From assembly GCF_006345805.1 (NCBI RefSeq), contig NC_043013.1, forward strand, positions 19,716,001 to 19,780,000: DNA of 64,000 nucleotides, written 5' to 3'. The notes beneath the pieces are model-generated. The model ran no database searches and was not told the DNA's origin. It was given only the letters and a program-made list of their open reading frames with translations. The translations under genes were made by a program, and so were the position numbers. The DNA is from Octopus sinensis (Eukaryota). Positions 55,290-64,000 of this stretch are shown here, piece by piece (position 1 is the stretch's first letter; the number at the start of each line of letters is the position of its first letter).

Positions 55290-56500
55290 ATGGACCACTG
55301 TTATGCCCTATCCCCAGAAGAGGAACCAGAGAACATCAAAATTGCACGCGTAACTTCACACATCAGCAGTCATGGGACGATTGTCTGAAAGAAACAGAAC
55401 ATATTTCATAAAAGAAGAAGGTTTGCTCACTGACACGCAGCACAGCTACAATTAGGAAGTTGCTCCGCCCCACACAGCTTCTTTATTATTATAACGTGCA
55501 CTTATAGTACTATATAATAATATAAACTCATAGCTTAACAATCATCTAAATATATATGAGATGTATCTCAACTTTGTTCAGGCTCTTCGATAAAATTGAT
55601 CTGGAGATGCTATGAACTCAATCTGTGTCAGTTTAGTATAGTAAGAAAACTAAGGAAATGGCTTTATCACTTTTTAAAAGGGAGAAATCAGGCAGTTGTA
55701 GCCAGTGGTGTTCTCAAATCAATTCTAAGTGGTATGCTGGGACAAAGACCGTTTGTGGTAGCTAGCTTTATCAGACATTAACTAAATCATACAGACAACC
55801 GCTCTCACTAGATGTGGAAACGATACAAGCGTATCACAGGCCGTTTGGGATCACGAAGCCACCGTAAAACTACTGAAATTTCTGGCTGCAATATTCGTAT
55901 ATTCGTGTGGGCTGAATAAATACAACACGTAGTTTAATGCTAAAAAATTTCAAGCATTTCGCTTTCAGCTCACATATATATGGCAATCGGTACATACAAG
56001 ACCAGAGAGCTACGCAAGGTGACTGGTTGATCGGATCCTAAGACAATTCAGAACAAGACATAGAAGGAAACTATATTGATTATATGGTGAATATTTGTTC
56101 TCAATCGTCGGGAACACTGCTTGTAAGTAACAGCGGCTCGCGCGGAAATTCATAACTATTACACGACAAAGATATTCTTGGTGTAAAAGGTGGGCAGCTA
56201 GGAGAAGCTAAGATACCCTAGCTGTTACTCCCAAAAGCGAAGGATCGAAAGATATGCAGTGATACATATATATGGAAGGTACTGGAGGATGTACACCAAC
56301 TCCCGAACTGGACGCCTCTGTATAGTTACAAGGATACCATACCAAGGGTAAAGATTTGATAATTGCGAAAGCTTAGGTTTGGTAGATCCACAGCTTTCAA
56401 GATCGTGACAATCTGAGAGATCTACGTGGCATAGCTATGGATAACAGATGAAATCGATTGAACTGAGAGAAAGAGCAGTTAAATCACCCTCAGATAACAC
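55290..56500 (+). mobile_element. Decayed CR1/L2-like LINE reverse transcriptase
   Basis: Fragments LTDTQH..GSC..TQLL, YLNF..FDKID, RKLRKWLYHFLKGRNQAVVASG, FNAKKFQ and G(F)GRSTAF resemble the CR1/L2 RT and C-terminus. Many stops. Confidence 0.7.
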
Positions 56501-57862
56501 CATGGCGTCTTGAAAATAGGAAGATTTACAGGGAGATACATAATGCCAAAGAAAAGGGGCTGACGGGATAGTTATAGGTGACATATCGTGCATCACAGAT
56601 ATAAAGGTGAGATGAAGTGAAACAACAATAGCAACAAGAACTTCAAACGTTTTTGAAAACATGAGTACTTCTACGACATGAAACGAAGGCAACATAGAAT
56701 AACACTGAAGAATATGAAATGTTTGACTGTGATTCCAGTAAGACATTTGAAGGGAAAATTTTATCATATCTTTGTAATATTGTTACATGGATATCATATA
56801 AAATCACGATTGCTTTTGACTTTGAAGCGTTCATAATCGATTCCATCAAAAGCACCATGTTCCTTTTCTCTCTCTCGCTCTTCCTGATTTCTTTACTTCT
56901 TTCTCTCTCTCTCCCTCTCTCTCCTCTTTCTTTCTTTCTTTCTTACTCTCCCTTTGTCTTGTCCTTTCTCGCTTTCTCTCACAGACTATTCTTACGTCTA
57001 AATCAAATCACTTTTAATGACAACCCGCAAAAGCTAAGACGACCGAGAGAGATTCCAGATTTACTATTGTCACTTAATAACGCTAATAATAACCACACCA
57101 TTCCAATGATATTAGCATAACATTGTGGCTGACAAATCAACCATGTTTTACGAGAAAGAATGTATATATAATTTCTTCCTTTTTCCTTTTTTTTTTTGGT
57201 GTGTGTTTATGATGTGGAATCTTTCTTTTAACAGACGGAGAAGTAACCCTATCTGACCCCGCATTTCATACAGCCTCGTCTATAAATAGCGAATATTGTT
57301 CTCGAGGCTTAAATAAATCAGGGAAGATGGAGCTTAGCATATAATAGAATGTGATCGAACTAAAGATAGTAAATTACGTTTGTCAAAATCCATTGCATCC
57401 TAACATCAAATCATTGGAGAATATTGTGAACTGATCACAGAGCTGCCTCGTAAAACGATCGTTATATATAGAATATGAAGTGGATGTATACTACATGGTT
57501 ATATTGTGGTGCTATATACGACCTTGTTCGTTAACGATCAGAGATATTTAGTAACGCAATGACAGAGGCGACATTTAAACCTCCGAACAATCCATATTCT
57601 TCGATAATGTTCGATTAATATCTTTAGTATTGATTGTTTAACATAACTGAATGACGGGATTGATTTTTATAACAGATCTCCAATTAAAGGTCGGGGTATT
57701 TATGCGTGCAGAATGCCTAACGGTTACAATGTCTAGATATCAAATATATATATATATATATATATACAGCGAGAAAGAGAGAGCGCGGGGGGAGACATAG
57801 ATAGATAGACATAGATATAGACACATACATACATACATGCATAAATATGTGTGTATATATAT

Positions 57863-57921
<59 letters not shown>

Positions 57922-60139
57922 TATACATATTTATGTATGTACGTATGCATGTATGTATGTGTGTGTGTATATCTATATCTATCTCTTTCTCTCTCTTTCT
58001 CGCTATATATATACGTGCAAACACATACACACGTTCACACACACAATTTATATATACAGCGTGCAGATACGAAGTACGAAACTAAGTATTTCTATAAGGT
58101 ATAAAACACATACATGAAATACATGTGTACAACGGACGTATATAATACATACACTGTATACATACAGCGTATGCATGAATTACAAATATTATAATCTGTG
58201 GACAAAATACAGTCCAGTTGAACGCAATTAGACTTGCTTTCAAATGTTACTCCTTTTATTATTAATAGTGGTTATTAAATATCTGTATTCCATAGACTGA
58301 CAGATTTCCACAACTGGTACCGTTTAATACCTTAAGATACCTAATGGTACTATTTTCATAATATGGTGCAATACGATACAAGTTCCACAATGAAGTACTA
58401 TATAGAGATTTCTTTTATATGAATGCGTTTGTATATTGATAATTTGGTGGTTGTTTTTGTTATTGATAATGTTGGTTAATTCCAGGTCAACCATAATGGA
58501 ATGGACCCCATAAAGTCTTTCCAGTTATGACGTTCCTGTCTTTTGCTTCTAGTATTTTGTATTTTCGGCTACGTTATCCAGCGGATCTCCTTATTAAGAC
58601 AAGATTTTCATTTGAGAGATTTACTATTTCTAGTTGGTCACTCAACCACTTTTGTTGGGTTATACAACTCTTGCTGTTTTCCTTTCAAAACTGTCCTCTC
58701 GCTTTAGCACGGTCCGTTCATGCTACCACAATTAGATTATGGTTATTAAGATATCTGTTTTCTTTTTTTCAACATCGCCTTCTTGAAGAATTACAATAAC
58801 CTGAAAAATCCTCATTACATGGCTTCATAAAGAAATGATTTTTATAGTCGTTGTTGTAGTTGTTGTAAGACAACTCGGCCCCGATTCGTTATTCCTGTTA
58901 CCAACCAGATTTTACGCCTCCAACCATCCAGACATATTTATATTTTGGACAACAGCTCCTATCCAGAACATTATAATCTGTAAAGCGTTGCAGCGTGGAA
59001 GACGCGTCGACCATTCGCGAGCAGTTAGACTGCTAACTTTACTTAAACATTTATTAAGAAATGTTTAAGTGAAGCTAAAACGCTTTGCCTATTGTTGAGT
59101 CACTAACAAATGTCTTCTACGTTTAAATTGCTTCCATTTCAACACACGACCAAAAGCCTCGCCTAGAAACCTCGAAAATTATAATTCATTATTTACTGGT
59201 ATTTGGAACACTAATGTATGAAATGAAAAAGACTTGGCTGCTAATTCTTGCAGTAATAGCGGCCTCATTAGAATTTTTTTGCTGTCTGATTCCAGTAAAT
59301 TTTGTAATAACAACATCCACGATTATATTAAATCCCACAAGAACAAAGAACAAGAATAAATATCACAAGGCACCACATTTAAAGAATTCCGTCAATTCAG
59401 TGCTCCAGATGGGACCATTATTTTAATGACCCCCAAATGTAAAAAAGGGAAGGAGAGAAAAGGAAGCAATGCTGGCCTCGGTAAGATTTGATCTTGAAGT
59501 GCAGAACAATACGCATAAATAGCAAGCAAAATATTTTCTTAAATGCCCTAAAATCTCCTCCGAAAATACAGGATGGACTTTGATGGAATGATGTTGATCA
59601 GAGTGCTGCTTGACGTGGCCTGACCAGGGGTTAAACAACAACAGCAACAGCCATAATTCAATATATTCTTCGGTGATTGATATCGCAACATGTTTCATAA
59701 ACAACAGACGAATAGATGTCATAAACATTTTTATCAAATATTGTTGTTTAACCCCTGGCCAGTAGAGGATCCCTAAACCAAACGCAGCACAACCCAACCC
59801 TGACTACCACATCCTTCTTTCGGGCATATCATATCAAGGATCATATTACCTAAAGTGTTGTTTCGTTTACAAGACGATGTTACGTAACTTGTAGGAAGAA
59901 TTTCGTTGCTATTTCTTGTAGGTCATTCTCTCTTGAGAAACATTAATCGATCACGTTCCCTTTTCTGCTATTTACTATCAATGTTTAATATTATTAACGA
60001 GGGGTTGCCTCCGAAACAACCCCCACCCCTTCCTGCCGCCGCCACCACCGCCCCAACCACCATCACAAACCCTCACCACCACCACCACTAACACAGTCGC
60101 CGTTATGATCATTATTGCTTGTACAAATTCTATATCGTC

Positions 60140-60356
60140 ATATTCTTCTTCTTCTTCTTCTTCTTCTTCTTCTTCTCCTTCTCCTTCTTCTTCTTCTTCT
60201 TCTCCCCTCCTTCTTCTCCTTCTCCTTCTTCTTCTTCTTCTTCTCCCCCTCCTTCTTCTTCTTCTTCTTCTTCTTCTCCTCCTTCTCTTCCTTCTTCTCC
60301 TCCTCCTCCTCCTTCTTCTTCTTCTCCTCCTCCTCCTCCTCCTCCTCCTCCTCCTC

Positions 60357-60417
<61 letters not shown>

Positions 60418-60516
60418 TCCTTCTTCTTCTTCTTCTTCTCATCCTCCTTCTTCTTCTTCTTCTTCTTCTTCTTATTATTATTATTCTCCTCCTCCTTCTT
60501 CTTCCTGTCGTCGCCG

Positions 60517-60553
<37 letters not shown>

Positions 60554-60575
60554 TATTATTTTTATTATTATTATT
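60140..60575. repeat. (TTC/CTC/TAT/CAT)n compound microsatellite
   Basis: Direct reading. Confidence 0.95.
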
Positions 60576-61429
60576 ATGGAGGTATTCATCATATGAAGAA
60601 ACAGCCCCGTCCTAAAGAAAGAAGTAAAAAAAAAAGAAGCAGGTTCTTTTGTTCACTTCAGTTTCCAATGAATCATTTAACTATTATCACCATCATAAAC
60701 CCCTCCACCACCACCACAAATACCATTTTCCCAACCTCCACCATTACAACCACCATCGCAAAATTACAACCACAGCATCACTACCACTACAACTGCAACC
60801 GTTACCACTCACCAAAAAGACATCTTTAACAAGCCTTTAAAACAATCTTCACATTAGTTTCGTGTTTTTTTGTATAATAATGGTGCAGCGAGAAGCAGAA
60901 CAAATAAATATATTGCATCGTTGAACCGAATATTTTATTTTCTGAACCTAATGAATCTGTAAATAAATACAAATGTAAAAAGAGGGGGGAAAAATAACCT
61001 GAAAATGATACCAAAATAAAATAAAAAGATGGCTGTTACTTTGCTACTGCTGTTGTACGGTTGTTGATAATGGCGGCATAACGTTGGAGAGAACTGCTAA
61101 TTAATGGTACATTTAAACTAAGAATATCTGATTAGCTGTTCTGTGCTGATTAACCCGACACAACAATAGTTGTTAATGGAGGAGCAAGGATGAGCAGGTA
61201 ATTACTACAGAAATTAGTTAGATATTTCATCGAGTCTTGCGCCGGTGGGAGATGGAGAGAAACTAGCTAGAAGTTGTGGAGAAGTTAGATGGGAATGAAA
61301 TGAATAACGGAATAGCGGATATGGGCGGACGGAATGTGTAAATGTCCAGTGAGTACGGAAATAGAGTGCGGTAGTTGTGTCGATGTTAATGAAGATGATG
61401 ATGATGATGAGGAGGAGGAGGAGGAGGAG

Positions 61430-61497
61430 GAGAGAAGAAGGGGGAGAAACAGGATGAAGAGAAAAAGGAGGAGAAAGAGGAAGAGAAGAAAGAGTAG

Positions 61498-61532
<35 letters not shown>

Positions 61533-62290
61533 GGAGGAGGAGGAGGAGGAGGAGAAAGAGGAGTAAAAGAGCGTCGAGGAAAGAATTGATAAAGAGAGCG
61601 AGTTTTTGTTTACAGGGAGTAGAATAAGTTTAAGAAAACAAAATTATGGTTACGGCATGCAGTGCATTACAGAAAAAGGAAACTGAAGAAGGAAGAAGTG
61701 GAGGGGGAGGAGAAGAAGAAGGAGAAGAAGGAGGAGAAACAGGATGAAGAGAAAAAAGAGGAGAAAGACGAAGAGAAGAAAGGGTAGGATGATGATGATG
61801 ATGATGATGAGGGGGAGGAGGAGGAGGGGGAGGAGGAGGAGTAAAAGAGCGTCGAGGAAAGAATTGATAAAGAGAGCGAGTTTTTGTTTACAGGAGTAGA
61901 ATAAGTTTAAGAAAACAAAATTATGGTTACGGCATGCAGTGCATTACAGAAAAAGGAAACTGAAGAAGGAAGAAGTGGAGGGGGAGGAGAAGAAGAAGGA
62001 GAAGAAGGAGGAGAAACAGGATGAAGAGAAAAAAGAGGAGAAAGACGAAGAGAAGAAAGGGTAGGATGATGATGATGATGATGATGAGGGGGAGGAGGAG
62101 GAGGGGGAGGAGGAGGAGTAAAAGAGCGTCGAGGAAAGAATTGATAAAGAGAGCGAGTTTTTGTTTACAGGGAGTAGAATAAGTTCAAGAAAACAAAATG
62201 ATGGTTACGGCATGCAGTGCATTACAGAAAAAGGAAACTGAAGAAGGAAGAAGTGGAGGGGGAGCAGAAGAAAAAGGAGAAAAAAGAAGA
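61430..62290. repeat. Tandem repeat, about 277-290 bp unit, 3 copies
   Basis: GAAACAGGATG recurs at 61446, 61736 and 62013; copies 2 and 3 are nearly identical. Confidence 0.9.
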
Positions 62291-62683
62291 GGAAAATGAA
62301 AAAGATGAAAACGAGAAAGAAAACGAAAAGATGATGGCAAAAAGAAGATGAAGACAAAGAATCACATTATTGCCCAGTAGCAGCCATATATATGAGAAAG
62401 AATGCGTTATTAAAGAGGATTTTACAATGTATATAGGGATGTAAAAATGTGATAAACGACAGTTGTACCCAGAATGTGTTAAAAGGAAATAAAATTAACT
62501 AAGGGAAATAATTCATTACAGCCTATTCCTTAAATCGGTATGACTAAGCTATGGCGTGACGTACTGAATTCTTTGAGACAAAACAGTTTTCAATTTAAAT
62601 TTACTTATTAAAACAGCGAGCTGCCAGAAACGTTAGCACGCTGGACACTACAATTCCAAGGAATATAATGCTCTTAGCTTAGT

Positions 62684-62769
62684 CTTTCCTCAGGGCTGGC
62701 CAGATTGTAGCAATCTCAAGTATAACTAGCCGAAATTGCAAAGATAATCTGGAAATCGACTGAGGAAAG
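62684..62769 (+). ncRNA. Candidate pseudoknotted hammerhead-like ribozyme (copy B)
   Basis: Stem III GCAAT/ATTGC, AUC site, stem II GGCTGG/CTAGCC-GAAA, CTGAGGA; stem I has 2 mismatches. Confidence 0.5.
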
Positions 62770-62811
62770 CAAACTCCGAATGACTCGTCATTGTTTTCTT
62801 TGTATCTTCTA

Positions 62812-62858
<47 letters not shown>

Positions 62859-63044
62859 TTCTTCGTCTAGGCTTATAGGCCCTCTTTATTTGTTTTCCTG
62901 TCCTGTTTCTATTCCTTCTTGTACTATATTTTTTGTAATTGTATTTTTATTTTGTATTTGTTTTTAATTGTATTGTTTTTACGTCCTGTTTTTGTCACAT
63001 TCTTTTTCCTTGTTTTTACCCCTCTGCAAAGGAATTTTATTTAA

Positions 63045-63140
63045 TTCTTTCGCAGGAAGGACTATTTCGACGAGACGTGTTCTGTCCTCACCTTCGAAAC
63101 ACGCTGGAGTTGTTGAACTAGGGACAGCTGATGAAGGGGA
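63045..63140 (+). ncRNA. Candidate pseudoknotted hammerhead-like ribozyme (copy A)
   Basis: Stem III CGTGT/ACACG, GUU site, stem I CTGTCC/GGACAG adjoining CTGATGA, stem II GAAGG/CCTTC adjoining GAAA. Confidence 0.55.
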
Positions 63141-63734
63141 TTTTTCCTTGTGTAGTTGTCTTGTACTCTGTTTTTTCGTTGTTAAAAAATGGTCCGTTCC
63201 ATGCTGTTTTTACGTTTTCGTTTCTCGTTGAGTTCTACGTCTATTTGTGGTGTCCTATACACACGTATATATATTTATATATGCATGTATATATACATGT
63301 AGATGTAGGTACGTACATATATGTTTGTATGTATGCATATATTTTATTTATTACACTATTGTATGACTGAGCGCCTTCGCGTCGATTCGATTCGTTTGAT
63401 TTCGTTTCGTTTCTTCTTCTTCTCAAAGCTGGTTTATATATATATATGTATGTATATATATATTTATGTAAGAATTTTCGCGTAATAAGATAAAAAAACA
63501 AGGCTGTACAGATATTAGAGCATTTATAGATAGAAGGTCTTAAATGCTCTAATATCTATACATCCTTGGTTTTCTTTATCCTATTACGCAAAAAATTCTT
63601 ATATACACACGTTGAACCCTTTATTCGCAATATTACCGAATCTGGAACATAACTATGGTCTGTCTATAGCACTTATTCAGCATTACCTGTCACATTTTGG
63701 TCTCAATGACACCATCATCTCTTATAACCTCAAC

Positions 63735-63827
<93 letters not shown>

Positions 63828-64000
63828 TATACATACATATATATATGTATATATGTATGTATGCTTGTATGTATGTATATATATTCAGGGATAGAGAGAG
63901 GGGAGTAGAACTAATCAGATATCATCACCAAAACTATGATAAAATTGCAAGAGAGACTGAAAAGAAAACAGAGGAACCAAACCCAAGCAAGGAACTGGCT

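Overview
Eukaryotic, very AT-rich, microsatellite-saturated genomic DNA. The tRNA-derived SINE families and the repeat landscape suggest an octopus or other coleoid cephalopod (inference only). I could not support any host protein-coding gene, and nearly all ORFs in the track are translated microsatellites. Supported content: a long but internally deleted R4/Dong-type RLE non-LTR retrotransposon sitting in (TAA)n repeats (about 23.4-26.8 kb); decayed Penelope-like (GIY-YIG), mariner and CR1/L2-like remnants; two foldback MITEs; a non-autonomous Helitron; many copies of at least three tRNA-derived SINE families, including a tandem array; and several hammerhead-ribozyme-like motifs read by eye. 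The most unusual signal is a hammerhead-like motif in four copies from at least two sequence-divergent families (2.4, 8.9, 62.7 and 63.1 kb). It has CUGANGA, GAAA, a NUH site and co-varying stems I-III. However, its strands are in an order that is not one of the three circular permutations (types I/II/III). It folds as a pseudoknotted cage with a kink-turn-like internal loop and an upstream strand complementary to the catalytic core. All RNA structures were derived manually and are untested.
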